Source: Torpedo marmorata
Lineage: Eukaryota
Direction: 5' to 3'
Length of the DNA: 64,000 bases
Assembly (NCBI GenBank): GCA_977017645.1
Contig: OZ360228.1
Location: forward strand, 97,278,001 to 97,342,000
Shown: piece after piece, positions 25,738-38,380 of the stretch
Layout of the letters: each line of letters opens with the position of its first letter
Position numbering within the stretch: the first letter of the stretch is position 1
Program-made: the position numbers and the translations under genes
The notes under the pieces: model-generated
What the model was told of the DNA's origin: nothing
Seen by the model: the letters and a program-made list of their open reading frames with translations, nothing else
Database searches by the model: none

Positions 25738-26772
25738 AGGAGCGGATTGACTTAAACCCGCATAAAGTTAGCTTGAATTATTGTGTCACTCAAACCTGGG
25801 CACCTTGGGAGTCTGTTAAGACAATCTGCAGCAAGCTGAGTGCTTGCCCAGATGCTAAAATCATAATGAACTGACATTGTGAACTTCATGCATTAACATC
25901 ATGGAGTCAAATACCTGTGGATCAATCACACATCACGTTGCAGATTTTTCAGTGCGAAGCATCTTTTTAAAAATGAAACACTATACAAGAGATATAGAAT
26001 CTAGTGTCTTTTTGTTAATATGTCAATTTCCCCTTCTCTCAAGCTGCAAACCTTCCAAATCTGTGAATGGTGGCAGCCATTTGGTACTTTATACATATTT
26101 CGACTTTAAATAAGCAAACCAAGACACAACCATTGTCAAGTTACTCCAAGGCATCTTTGACAAACCCAAACCCCTTTGCATCTGCAACCTCCACAAGGCT
26201 CCTTGCTGATTTTGATGGAAGATTATTTTGAAGTATGAGGCACCTTTGAGACAAAATAAGAAAACCATTCATAGATTTGGTTTCCATGGATGCCAGAAAC
26301 GGAATTATGCAGCAGGACAAGGTCTCATGGGAGACACCAACACAGAGAGGCCCCAGTAAGCTGGAACTAGAGAATTGAGATAAGAGTGAGGATATTGGGT
26401 AGGTATTATGAATCGGTCTTTACCTTCAAGATAAAGTAGATTTTGCAATTTAGACAATGGAGTTTTTTTTTTTTTTAAAAAGAACATTTTGTTTTGATGA
26501 AAGCTTGCTCAGCTGATCAGTGTAAAAAGGATGTGCCCCTTCTAGGCAATGTAACAAGATTGGTACATCAGCATTGTTCTCAATTGTCTTCAACTCTATC
26601 CTACCACCTCATTAGATTAAATGAACAGCAAGTTGAACTGATATACATATGGGGAAATCAAATTCCTTGCTTGGAAAAAGAGATACAATTTGAAATTCAA
26701 GTTCAATAAATTTTACAACAGCATTGAGTATTTTACATCTCTTCAATTCTCAAAAGGAATTGTATTGTTCCT

Positions 26773-26778
26773 TTTATT
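26773..26778 (-). terminator. Candidate MGAT2 poly(A) signal
   Basis: AATAAA on the minus strand, about 1.3 kb downstream of the stop through repeat-free sequence; another AATAAA lies near 27637. Confidence 0.4.
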
Positions 26779-28044
26779 TCAGGAGGCCGTACAATGAAAT
26801 ACAAAAAAAAAAACAACCAAGGCATTTGCTGTTAAAGATTGAATAGTCTCTGGGGAGCAGCAGTGTCTCAAACTGCCATGAAGCATCATCTGTCAAATCA
26901 GATGAACCCTATTTAATGCATCACAGGGAAAAGACATGCTGGTTATTTTGGACACCGTTACCAACATATAAACAAAAACATTGCATTGTAGTATCAGTTA
27001 CAGATTTGTGCTTTACTTAAAGAACTGAACAGTACTGTCATTACGATTCAATGTGGTGTACTGATGAACGGGCAAAATTTTTACAGTCATTCATTGGGTG
27101 CGTTTTCCCTTTACTACAAATTCAGACGAGTTGAACTGTTTAAATTTTCATACGAATTCAATTTTGGAAAAACATCCAGCAATTTAGCTGCAGATTTTGC
27201 TCTTGGATCTCTGGGTTTTTATGGTGTGAGCATTTTGAACCAAAGTATTTCCGGTTACAGTTCTTCCACTTGTGGCAGAAGTAACTTGGGTAATAAATTT
27301 AAGATAATCTCACTGCTATACCACACATTAAGGCATAGTTTAAAAAAAAGTTCCTAATGCAAATACACTATAAGAGCAAAGTGACAATGCTGGGTTGAAT
27401 CAGTATCACTGTAAACCAAATAATGAAGTTAGTTTTAAATCCAGCAACATAAAATGAGCACCTTTGACTTCTGTCATCATATAGTTGCATTTTCTTCTGT
27501 TCAATCTCCAGAACACACACAATAAAAGAATAGTAGCTCTTGCTAAAGAGTTTATGTTCTTTATAAATCATTCCCTTTCCTGCTACTCTTTTGCAAAGGC
27601 ATTGGCATACTGGTGTACCAGCATTCCTCCAGCACTTTATTTTTGGGATCCAATGGTAATGGCAAGAGCCAAAAAAGCTATATTTGCTTGGGGACCAGAC
27701 TGTCCTAAGCTTCACCCAAGAGTTTTCTATTAAGGTTACTGACAGCAATCAAAGGTGGAAACCATAGTTGATTTTTTTTCCTCTTCCCAACTCAGAGGAT
27801 TATGAAACCAATTATAACATCCCTTACGGCAACCCTGGTTAAGACAAGTTAACCCAAAGGCCAAGTTTAACCTAGGGGCTCCTTCGTCTATGTTCGATAG
27901 AAACCTTTTGATATATTTAAAAAGTGAGCCATTGGGGTAGCTGTTTTCTTAAGGTTGAAATTCAAAGATATCAGATTGTTCTCTGTTTTTACAACAGGAA
28001 AAAACTAAACTATTAAAAACATATGGCAAAAATGTATCACATAA

Positions 28045-29349
28045 TTACTGCAGTCGGCGATAACTTGCACAAAGTTCATGGTCCCTAATATCTCCCCACC
28101 CTCCATTTTTCACATGTGGAGTGATTGCACCCATTGGAAATACTTTGCTTATTGTCATTGTTCCTGGAAATAAATGCTGTAAATTACTACTTATAATTCT
28201 GTCTATTTTAGAAATTTCAACAGTTGGTGTGCAAGTTTTCTTGTGATGCATACCACAATCACCAGCATGGAAAATCCGAGGAGCTTCACAAACCATAACT
28301 TTCCAATATCGAGGCAAACAGGATACTGTTAAGTGCTGCAATGTCCAGTCCCAGTTATAGTCGTCATATTTGCAGAAAGTATCAGTGCACTCTATCAGTT
28401 TCTGATATGTCTCTCTCGTCATAGCCATGCCCATGTTATGCTCTGTTGATCGCCAGGTTTTCACTTCAACTTTATTTGTTTTATCTCCAAAATCACTTAC
28501 ACGCACATATGTACCAAGGGACAATATGTCACAGTCAGGACAATTTTCAGTCTTCAAACTCCACATATTTTTCAGGACATGATAAAAATCAGGAGACAAA
28601 TAGTGGTCTTCTTCAACGAAAAGCACTAAACCCTTATGATCTTCCAAAACCTTTACTTTCTCCCAAACAAAATGCAACTTCCACCACCAGTGGTGTTTGG
28701 TCTGGCAGAATTTGGACTCCCTGTAATGGCCAAACGAATCTGGATATTCTGCATTAATACAGCCCAATTTGAAAGCATCTGTCTTGCTTATATCACGTGG
28801 ACAGTCTTTAGGATCGTGCCCTGGGAATTCGTTGGGATACAACTGGACACTGAACGGGAAAAATACTTGTAGTACTTGACAAAAATCGATGCTGGCCACG
28901 ATGTGGTTGATTTGTGGAGACCAGAAGTCGTGGCTGAATATTAACAAGACGTTTTCTATTCCTTTGGCTTTTCTGAGCGAGTTCACGAGTAACTGCAGGT
29001 AATCCGGCCTGTTGTGCACTTGGATGACCACCACCACGTCGTCTGGAGGACGTGTCCTTATGCTCTCCGCGTTTCTGACAACCTGATCAAAATTGAGCTG
29101 GTACACGACCCCTCGGTAGACCAACGTCAGGTTGTCCACCTCCGGCCTTTCCAACGTGCCGCCCAGAGATTCGTTGGAAGCTTTCCTGCTCACCTTCCCG
29201 TCGCCTTCTCGCAGCAGTCGCGACGTCTCGGCGTCCCTCGGAAACGCCTCGGCTTTCCTCTGCTTGCCGCCCGTCCAGAAGCCAAAGGCGGCCACCAGCA
29301 CGATGAGCGCCAGCAGCAAGACTTTCTTCTTGTAGATGCGGAACCTCAT
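28045..29349 (-). CDS. MGAT2: Alpha-1,6-mannosyl-glycoprotein 2-beta-N-acetylglucosaminyltransferase (GlcNAc-T II), 434 aa, uninterrupted CDS
   Basis: N-terminus MRFRIYKKKVL plus TM anchor; QVHNRPDYL, CINAEYPDSFGHYRE, QTKHHWWWK, EEDHY, YDDYNWDW, NGGWGDIRDHELC, YRRLQ*. Confidence 0.97.
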   Translation of the reverse strand: MRFRIYKKKVLLLALIVLVAAFGFWTGGKQRKAEAFPRDAETSRLLREGDGKVSRKASNESLGGTLERPEVDNLTLVYRGVVYQLNFDQVVRNAESIRTRPPDDVVVVIQVHNRPDYLQLLVNSLRKAKGIENVLLIFSHDFWSPQINHIVASIDFCQVLQVFFPFSVQLYPNEFPGHDPKDCPRDISKTDAFKLGCINAEYPDSFGHYRESKFCQTKHHWWWKLHFVWEKVKVLEDHKGLVLFVEEDHYLSPDFYHVLKNMWSLKTENCPDCDILSLGTYVRVSDFGDKTNKVEVKTWRSTEHNMGMAMTRETYQKLIECTDTFCKYDDYNWDWTLQHLTVSCLPRYWKVMVCEAPRIFHAGDCGMHHKKTCTPTVEISKIDRIISSNLQHLFPGTMTISKVFPMGAITPHVKNGGWGDIRDHELCASYRRLQ

Positions 29350-29399
29350 GTTAGCTGGCAAGGGAAACAGCGCCTTTTTATATTTCCCCCACTGAAACA

Positions 29400-29950
29400 G
29401 ACCAAAAACAACCAGGGTCAGAGAGACTCGGCGGTCAGGGCAGCCGGAAGCTTCCGATTCGTAAAGGCACCGCCGCGCTCCGGAGCATTTCCAACCGGCG
29501 CAGCCGGGCCAAGGGCAGGCGGCCGCCGGCACTCCCACCCGCTCGGACCCCGAGACGCCAACACACGGCCCAGCAACGCGGCGGCCGATGTCCGTTGCCG
29601 GGAGGGCAGGGCCCTCCCTTCAGCGGGCCTCGCCTCGCCTCACATCCACACCAAGGCCACCACTGTGCCCGCGACCGCTCCGCATCCGCACCTCGCGCCT
29701 GCCTGCCGACCTCCGCTCACCCCTGGAGACCACCTACCCCGCTTTCCCCACCGCCAGTTCCCTCTCTGCGCTGATTGGTGCGCAGCCGTACACAAGGCCA
29801 ATCCCGATTGAACAGCTCAACTGTCACTCATCGGGATTTTGATTGCCCGCTGGTCGTCGCACCTCGAATCACAAGGTCGCGAGCTGATGACGTGACGTGG
29901 ACTCTCCTTGGCAGCAATGTTGTCGATGTCGTTCCTTTACGGTGTGAATA
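29400..29950 (-). promoter_or_regulatory. MGAT2 CpG-island promoter/5'UTR with CCAAT boxes (29774-29778, 29798-29802) and TGACGTG motifs (29888-29900)
   Basis: CpG-rich unique sequence directly upstream of the ATG; motifs read from the sequence. Confidence 0.75.
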
Positions 29951-30419
29951 TATTTACCTGAACTGTAACCAAACTGCAACTGTTGGAATTTTACATTAAA
30001 TAGAAAATGCTGGCAATGCAATGTAGAGAGAGGGAGAGCCGGACATGAAATCTAAACCCGTTTTCTCGCAGCTGACTGTCAATGTTTGGTTTTATTTTAT
30101 AAATTGTTGATCAGTGTCCAGCCCACCCTTCTCCAAAAGTGCATCTTCTTAGTTGGAAAGAGAAGGTTAAGCCCTCACCACCTATTTCCTCGTCAATAAA
30201 CACAGTTGGCAAGTTACGGCGAGCTTTCGACCATGCACTATAATTGTCTCATTTAGCGTGTGCAATGTAAAAAAAATCTACTGTCTCAGTTCATCAATTG
30301 GTGAAACTTTAATTCATGTTTTTGCAATAGACGTGCTGCCCCCCCCTCCCCTCCTTTGCTGTTTATCTCCTAACTCTCTCTAAGCCCCCTTCATCTTTGG
30401 GCGTGTATCCTTACATACT

Positions 30420-30720
30420 TCCATAGCATCGGAAATAGTCTTTAGGCCCACACGCTGACCATCAACAACCCACTTACACCAATTCTATATTAATACAATA
30501 AAACATCTCCCACATTCTCATCAGCTCCTCCTAGATCCCACGAAACACCTATAGGTAGTATCCAATTAACTTACCAACCCACACATCTTTGGGATGTGGG
30601 AAAAAACCAGAGCAGTGAAAATATGTAAACTGCTCAGACAGCACCTGAGTTCGAGACTGAACTGAGGTCTCCGGCGTTGCAAGGCCAGGGGTCTACCAAC
30701 TGTGCCATACCTAGCTGGCG
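30420..30720 (-). mobile_element. Old V-SINE
   Basis: Reverse-strand SINE body (cacatctttgggatgtgggaaaaaaccagag) and head (ccaactgtgccatacc). Confidence 0.6.
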
Positions 30721-30939
30721 CTGCACTGATGGACACCCATGCCCAACCCCTTAAAACATTGCTATGCAAAGCATACCTCTTAATAAATTGCAAATCAAAG
30801 CATCACAATTAATATGCCAGTCCCACAAAAAATAACATCCAATGTCATGACAATTAAACATTATGTGAATCCGTACTTGAATGGTTACGTTCTGCAGGAC
30901 TGAAAATGTAGCTCCAGATGTTGAATTAGACAGAATTCA

Positions 30940-31116
30940 ATAGAGAGAATTGGAGGAGCAAATCTGTAGAGAGATAGCAGATCAATGTAAGAAGCAGAAA
31001 GTTGTGCTAGTGGAGATTTTAACTTTCCAAATATTGACTGGGACTCCCATACTGTGAAAGGGCTGAATGGCTTGGAGTTTGTGAAATGTGTTCAGGAAAG
31101 TTTTCTAAATCAATAT
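30940..31116 (+). mobile_element. CR1 endonuclease fragment (target of Gypsy B/C)
   Basis: Encodes GDFNFPNIDW...LEFVKCVQESFLNQY. Confidence 0.7.
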
Positions 31117-34100
31117 TGTTACAAATTCAAACCAGCAACGACAGAAGACGCAATGTAAAAGGGGTAAAATTGAAATTTATATTTATTAAATACAATTAAA
31201 CATATAATTTCACAACAATTAACCCCACTATAAACAATATTCTTATCTAAAGAATGTGTGTGTGTAAAGCCCAGACCATTACAATCTGTGCCCACCCCTC
31301 CTGTAAAAATGGAAAACCTTTCCCAAAATCCCCAGGTCAGTCATAAAAACCAAGTCAGTCCCAAAAATACAGTCCACAAAAATCACTCTCTATGTTCAGG
31401 GTCCAAATTCAGCTCTGTGCGCTGGCATGAAGGACTTCTTAATGAACGTTGGAGAGAGAAACAATGACAAAGCTTACAAATGCTTGGCCTGATTTTCTTC
31501 CCTGATGACTTTCCCTTTGGGTAGGTACATGAGGATTGCAATTCCAGATCTGATTGAGGCGTATACTTGGATCTCACAGCCCGTCTCGCTGATCTCACGC
31601 CTGTTCTCCACGAACATTGCTTTTTCTCAGGATTTTGCTGATACAGGAGGCCATGTGCTATTCTCCCAGTCTTTTCCCCTGGAATGCACAAGCCTGGATT
31701 TGGTGTCGTTGCTTCAGCCTCTTGCAACTCAAAACTGAATGCTTTTTGCAGAGTTTTGCACCTGCTTTTGCAAATATGCAACAAAGTATCTTTCCACAGC
31801 CTGTGTCTCTCTCTCTCTCTCTCTGTGCACAACCAGTCCTGGGCAAGTTAACTCTTTCAGTACCTGGTCCCAGTGTATACTCCAAAAGACTTCATCCTTC
31901 CTGCTGACCGTCCGCAGTCCAAATGGTCAGTCATGGTCAATAACACCTCCCAACCACAAAGAAAATTTTGGTTTGCACGAACAAAATTTTGGAAGTTAAT
32001 TGAGGTGTCACAATATAAACAAAACCCACAATGTTCATCCACAAACATAAAATATGAACTATTTTCATTTATAAAGTTTAGCATGTAGAAAAACAATCAG
32101 CGATTACATTATATTTCCCTTTTATATGTGCTATTATTGAATCATATTCTTGCAAAATTAGACTCCAATTCAACAACAGTCGATACTTATTTTTCATTTT
32201 ACAAAGAAAAACCAATGGATTATGGTCAGTATACACTATGAGTGGTTTTTGAGCTATACAGATAAACACAAAGTGTTGTAGAGCCAACACAAGAGCTAAC
32301 AACTCTGTTTCTATGGTTGAATAATTCCTTTGATGATCATTGAACTTCTTTGAGAAGTAGGATACCGGATGGTCAATGTCCTCTTCATTCTTCCTCTGTA
32401 ACAGCACCGCACCCACAGCTTCATCACTGGCATCCACGGCTAAAGAAAATGGCTTTTCTAAATCAGGTGACAAGCACAGGTTGATGGCAGAAAATGGCTT
32501 TCAATTTGACAAATGCTTCCTGACAACGTGTCGACCATACAAATGTTTCTCCCTTTCTAAGCAAATTTGTGAGAGGGAGCAAAGTTTTTACAGAACTTGC
32601 GGTAGTAGCCAATCATTCCCAGGAACCTCCTCAGAGTTTTCTTACCAGTTGGAACAGGGAACTCGGAAATAGTCACAACCATTGCCTCTACTGGCGTCAA
32701 CTGCCCCTGTCCTACTACATAACCCAGATAATTAACAGTCCCATGACCCTCTCTGAAACTGGTTTTATCTGTCTCATCCTTACCCCGGTCGATAACCAGC
32801 GCCTCTGGCAAGTGTTCAGTCTCTTTGTGCGGCACCTACTCAAAATATGGCTTAATCATATTTACATGACAGACCTGTGTGTCTCGTCTGCGATTAGGTG
32901 TTTCTATGACATAGGTGACCTCATTAATTTTTGACTTAACTCTATAGGGTCCTGAAAATCAAGCCCCAAGAGGATTTGAATGTGTGGGAAACAGAACTAA
33001 TATGTTGTCACCAGGTTTAAAAGTCTCACCTTGGCCTTTCGATCATACCAAACCTTCATTCTCTGTTGAGTGGCCTTTAAAGTCTCCTTTGCCATCTTGC
33101 AAGCTTTATGCAACCGATCCTTAAATTTGGAAACATAATCTAAGATTTAAATGCACATCACTATTAATCCACTAAAAAACACAAATGCTGGAGAAACTCA
33201 GCAGGTCAAACAGTGTCTTTTATGTAGCAAAGGTAGAATTACATAACCGATGTTTCGAGCTTGAGCCCTTCATCAAAGTATGAGTTTTTTTACTTCAACC
33301 ACGGTGTCTACAGATTTTCATGTTTTACTATTAATTCACTGTTCTTTTAATAACCTTAAATGACCTCTCACCTCGTGTCCAAAAACTAACTCGAATGGAC
33401 TAAAACCAAGTGATTCTTGGACAGACTCCCTCGCTGCAAATAACAACAAATGAATCCCCTCATTCCAATCCTTTTCCTTCTCACAACAATAGGTTCTAAT
33501 CATGTTTTTCAAAGTTGAATGGAACCTCTCCAAGGCCACTTGACTTTCTGGATGGTACACAGAGGATACAATCTGTTTAACTCCCAGTCTATCAACCACT
33601 TGTTGGAAAACGCCTGACATGAAATTACGACCCTGATCTGATTGAATTTTCCTTGGCAAACCTACCAAGATGAAAAACTTTACCATAGCCTTTACAATTG
33701 CTTTTGCTTTAATGTTTTTCAGAGGAATGGCCTCTGGAAATCTAGTGGCTGCACACATAATTGTTAACAAATACTCATTCCTTGCTTTGGTTTTTGGCAA
33801 TGGGCCAGCACAGTCCACAATCACTCTCGAGAAAGGCTCAGTGAAAGCAGGGATAGGTTGCAAGGGTGCCACCGGGGGACTCTGATTAGGTTTACCCACC
33901 TGACAAGTGTGACAGGCCCTGCAAAAGCTTACAACCTCCCTTCTCAAACTGGGCCAATAAAATCTTTTCATTATTTTCGGTATAGTTTTCTTCACCACAA
34001 GGTGACCACCTAAGGGTGTGCTATGAGCCAAAGTTATTATTGCATCCCTATATACTTTAGGGATCACTACCTGCTGCACTACTGCCCATTCTTCACTGGC

Positions 34101-37032
34101 AGGAACATCACATGGTCTCCACTTTCTCATCAACACCCCATCTTGTTCATAATAACCCACTGGCACCTTCTTAATCTCCTCTTCAGAGAGAACCTTATCC
34201 CTCACCTCAGCAAGATCAGGATCCTCCTTTTGCCTTGCTATTAGCTCCTGTCGGGATAGTGACAAATCTGTGCCTTTAGGTGTCTTATCAGTGTATGGGT
34301 GTAACACAGGAGATTACTCAACCTTTTACAGGTGTTTTTGATTATCACCAACATTTTCTTTCACCAATTTATTTTCCACTGCCTTCTCAACAGTAACATT
34401 TTTGTTAGACATGGCCCTGGTTATGGCACGTGCTGGATAAATATCAGAGTCCTTCTCTGACTTATTAATGACTGGCTTAGTGGTCATTCGCACTGCAGGA
34501 ATTACTTTACCCTCAGCCACATCATTGCCTAGCAACAATGAGACTCCTACTGGCAACTCTGATCTCACTCCTATTATAACAGGTCCTTTCACCAAGGCGG
34601 AGTCCAACACTATTTTGTGCAAAGGAATGGACTCAACATCACCCCCAATTCCTTTAATTAAATTCATTTCACCGGTGTCAGTGGCTTCACAAAATTCCAA
34701 TACACTATCTAACACAAGTGACTGAGCAGCTCCAGTATCTCGCAAGATTTTCACTGGAACTTGCTTTGATCCTGCCTTAACTGAAACAAAACCATCACTC
34801 AAAAGGTTTAAATACATCCTTTACTTTGTCAGCAAATTTGTCTCCTTCCTGGGTGTTATGCCTCTTCTCACTCTGAATACAAGCATTAGGTGTTGCATCC
34901 TTTTCTCTTCTTTTTCAACACTGGACAGCTTGCGAGCATATGACCAGCCTTCCTACAGTAGTGGCAAATGGGACCAGAAGGGTTTTCTTTTTTCCCACTT
35001 CCCTTCATCTCTTTCTTTAACACCACTTCCAAATTTACTTTCCATTTGTTTGGGATTATCCACAGTGACCTTTTGGAAAATTCTGCCTGACGTCCTCTTA
35101 GGCTTGTGGGCTAAAGCATATTCATCTGCTAACTTAGCTGAATTTTGCCAAGTTTTCACCACCTTTTCATCTAAGTATGCCTTAATATCCTCAGGAACAC
35201 CTTTTTATCTCCTCAATATTATCAATTCTCTCAATTGATTGTAATCATTGTTTACCGCCTTAGATGTGCACCACCGGTCAAAACACACAACCTTTTCATA
35301 GGCAAACTCTGTGTAAGATTGGGTTGCTGATCTTTTTAAATTTCTAAACCTGTCTATAAGCTTCTGGAACTAACTTATAAGCCTGGAGTATAGCCTTTTT
35401 CACCGTTTCATAATCAGCAGCTTGCTCCGTGGTAAGAGTACAATAAGCTTGCTGAGCTTTTCCTTTTATTACACTTTGTAACATAAGAGACCATTGGTTT
35501 TGAGGCCATTTTAATTTCACAGCCACCTTCTCAAAATGCTGGAAGTACTTATTTATGTCCGCCTCCTCAAAGAGAGGAACCAACCTAACTTCTCTACTGG
35601 CCAAAAACATCTCAACACCTTGTCTTCTCATTTTCCAACTTAATCTTTTCCAGCTCATGTTGCATAATGTTCTCCGCTCTCTTTAAGTCTAATCTCTTTT
35701 GTTCTCTGGCTGCCTCCAAGTCTAATCTTTTTTGTTCCAATTCCATGTCTAATTTCTTTTGTTCCCTGGCTACCTCGAAGTCTAATCTCTTTTGTTCCAA
35801 TTCCTTTAGTTCCAACTGTAGATTTTCAGAAGTGTTACCCTTGGGAAACTGCTCTCACACACTCTCCTCAAACCTTTTCCCTTTTATATAGTACTTGGCA
35901 ATTTTTATCCCAATCTCTGCCTTTTTCATTGATGGTTTTACAGAAGCAATGCCCAACTCTGTTGCTATAGCCACTAACTGCTAATTTTTAGCCTTTTTTA
36001 AAGTATCAGGTTCAGGTGATTCCAAAAAATTTTCTACATCCATTGTTGCTGGTTTATTGTTACACACACACTCGCTTTTAATTAGCTTTACAAAAGGAAT
36101 GTCTTAAACCAGACTGGGATTCCTTCAATTGCCAAGATGGATCTTAATTCAAATCCCAGGACGAGCCCCCAATTTGTTACAAACTCAAACCAGCAACGAC
36201 AGAAGACGCAATGCAAAAGGGGTAAAATTGAAATTTATTAAAGACAATTAAACATATTATTTCTTACCAATTAACCCCACTATAAATGTCTATAAGCACT
36301 ATTCTTATCTAAAGAGAGTGTGTGTGTGTGTAAAAAGCCCAGACCATTACAGTCTGTGCCCAACCCTCATGTAAAAATGGAAAACCTTCCCCAAAACCCC
36401 AGTTCAGTCATAAAAATAAGTCAGTCCCAAAAATACAGTCCACAAAAATCACTCTCTATGTTCAGGGTCCAAATTCAGCTCTGTGTACTGGCACGAAGGA
36501 CTTCTTAATGAACGTTGGAGAGAGAGACAATAACTGTTTAAGCTTACGAATGCTTGGCCTGCTTTTCTTCTCTGACGACTTTCCCTTTTGGTGGGTGCAC
36601 GAGGATTGCGATTCCAAATCAGTTTTGGATTGAGGCGTATACTTGGATCTCACAGCCAGTCTTGCTGATCTCACGCCTGTTCTCCACGAAAGTTGATTTA
36701 AATCAGGATTTTGCTGATACAGGAGGCCATGTGCTATTCTCCCAGCCTTTTCCCCTGGGATGCACAAGCCTGGATTTTGCTGCGTTCTCCAGCTTTTGCA
36801 ACTCCAAACAATTGAATCTGAATGCTTTTTGCAGAGGTTTGCACCTGCTTTTGCAAAAGTGCAACAAAGTATCTTTCCACAGCCTGTCTCACTCTCGGTC
36901 TCTCTCTCACTGAGTACACCCCGTCCTGGGCAAGTTAACTCTTTCAGTACCTGGTCCCAGTGTGTACTCCAAAAGACTTCTTCCTTCCTGCTGACTGTCC
37001 GCAGTCCAAATGGTCAGTCATGGTCCATGACA
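31117..37032 (-). mobile_element. Gmr1-type Gypsy LTR retrotransposon B (gag-PR-IN-partial RT-RH)
   Basis: LTRs at 31117-31946 and 36176-37032; tRNA-Pro PBS about 36155-36172; integrase ORF 33336-34307 (HHCC and D,D-E) upstream of the RT thumb/RNase H at 32078-32750. Confidence 0.93.
33174..33326. mobile_element. Miniature inverted Penelope terminus with a decayed hammerhead (33242-33282, -)
   Basis: pLTR end on - fused to the extreme 3' tail on +; TSD actattaat(c/t)cact; interrupts the Gypsy B pol. Confidence 0.8.
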
Positions 37033-37782
37033 AATCTCTTTTGTTCCAATTCCCTGTCTAATTTCTTTTGTTCCAATTCCAATTTCTTTAGTTCCAACTG
37101 TATGTTTTCAGAAGGTTTACCCTTGGGAAACTGCTCTAACACGCTCTCCTCAAACTTTTCCCCTTTTATCTAGTATTTGGCAATTTTTATCCCAATCTCC
37201 ACCTTTTTCATTGATGGTTTTTCAGAAGCAATGCCCAACTCTGTTGCTATAGCCACTAACTGTTCCTTTTTAGTCATTTTGAAAGTATCAGGTTCAGGAG
37301 ATTCCAAAAAAATTTCCACATGCATTGTTACTGGTTTTTTTGTTACACACACAAACTTTTAATTAGCTTTACAAAAGGAATGTCTTAAACCAGACTGGGA
37401 TTCCTTCAATTACCAAGATGGAGCTTGATTCAATCCTAGGACTTGCCCCCAATTTGTTACAAATTCAAACCAGCAACGACAGGAGATGCAATGCAAAAGG
37501 GGTAAAATTGAAATTTATATTTATTAAAGACAATTAAACATATAATTTCTTAACAATTAACCCCACTATAAACATCTATAAACACTATTCTTATCTAAAG
37601 AGTGTGTTGTGTGTAAAGCCCAGACCATTACAGTCTGTGCCCAACCCTCATGTAAAAATGGAAAACTTTCCCCAAAACCCCCAGGTCAGCCATAAAAATA
37701 AGTCAGTCCCAAAAATAGTCCACAAAAATGACTCTCTATATTCAGGGTCCAAATTTAGCTCTGTGCGCTGGCACGAAGGACT
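37033..37782 (-). mobile_element. Partial Gypsy copy C: truncated LTR (from 37456), PBS and gag 5' part, abutting the 5' LTR of B
   Basis: gag start ...VEIFLESPEPDT; PBS about 37435-37452; LTR cut by an L1 poly(A). Confidence 0.85.
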
Positions 37783-38305
37783 TTTTTTTTAAAATTTTTA
37801 ATTTAAAATCACATGATAATTTCAGAAATATCAAAATACATGTGATATATTTTCCCCCTCCCCTCCCCCTCTACTATGAGAAAAAGAATAGTGTGGAAAA
37901 TGTCATTCTAAAGAAACAACTATAGACTAATTTTATTGTGGAGCACAGGTTCACCAGTCAGACCCGATATCAAGAGATCTTCAAATCCTTAAACCCACTG
38001 TTTTTATATATGGGCTCCATACCTTCAAAAAGAAATTATATTTATTACGTAAATTATAAGTAATTTGTTCAAGTGGTATGCATGAACGAAGTTCTGCATG
38101 CCATCTTTCCAACCCTAAATCTACATCCGATTTCCATGTAATAGCAATGCATTTCTTTGAAACGGCTAAAGCAATTCGCAAAAATTCTATTTGGTGCATA
38201 GTTAATCTCAATTTAATACTAATTCTTTTAATATCTCCAAACAAAAATATCATAGGATCCATTGGGAGTGTAAATCTCAATACTTTATCTAAAAACATAA
38301 GGGTG
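37783..38305 (-). mobile_element. L1-clade 3' fragment
   Basis: Poly(T) at 37782-37790; LAVSKKCIAITWKS and FLKVWSPY motifs. Confidence 0.85.
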
Positions 38306-38380
38306 GACAATCATTTGATGACATAGATTTGAGGTGAAAGGAGGTAGTTTAAAGGAGATCTTCAGGGCAAATTCTTTATA

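Noticed and set aside
29374-29382. TATAAAAAG just upstream of the MGAT2 ATG
   Set aside because: As a TATA box it would place the TSS essentially on the start codon
29350-29538. 63-aa N-terminal extension of MGAT2 in the ORF track
   Set aside because: Starts at GTG; the conserved N-terminus MRFRIYK begins at ATG 29349
29014-29811. 265-aa ORF antisense to MGAT2
   Set aside because: Shadow ORF in a GC-rich island with a non-ATG start and no recognisable domain
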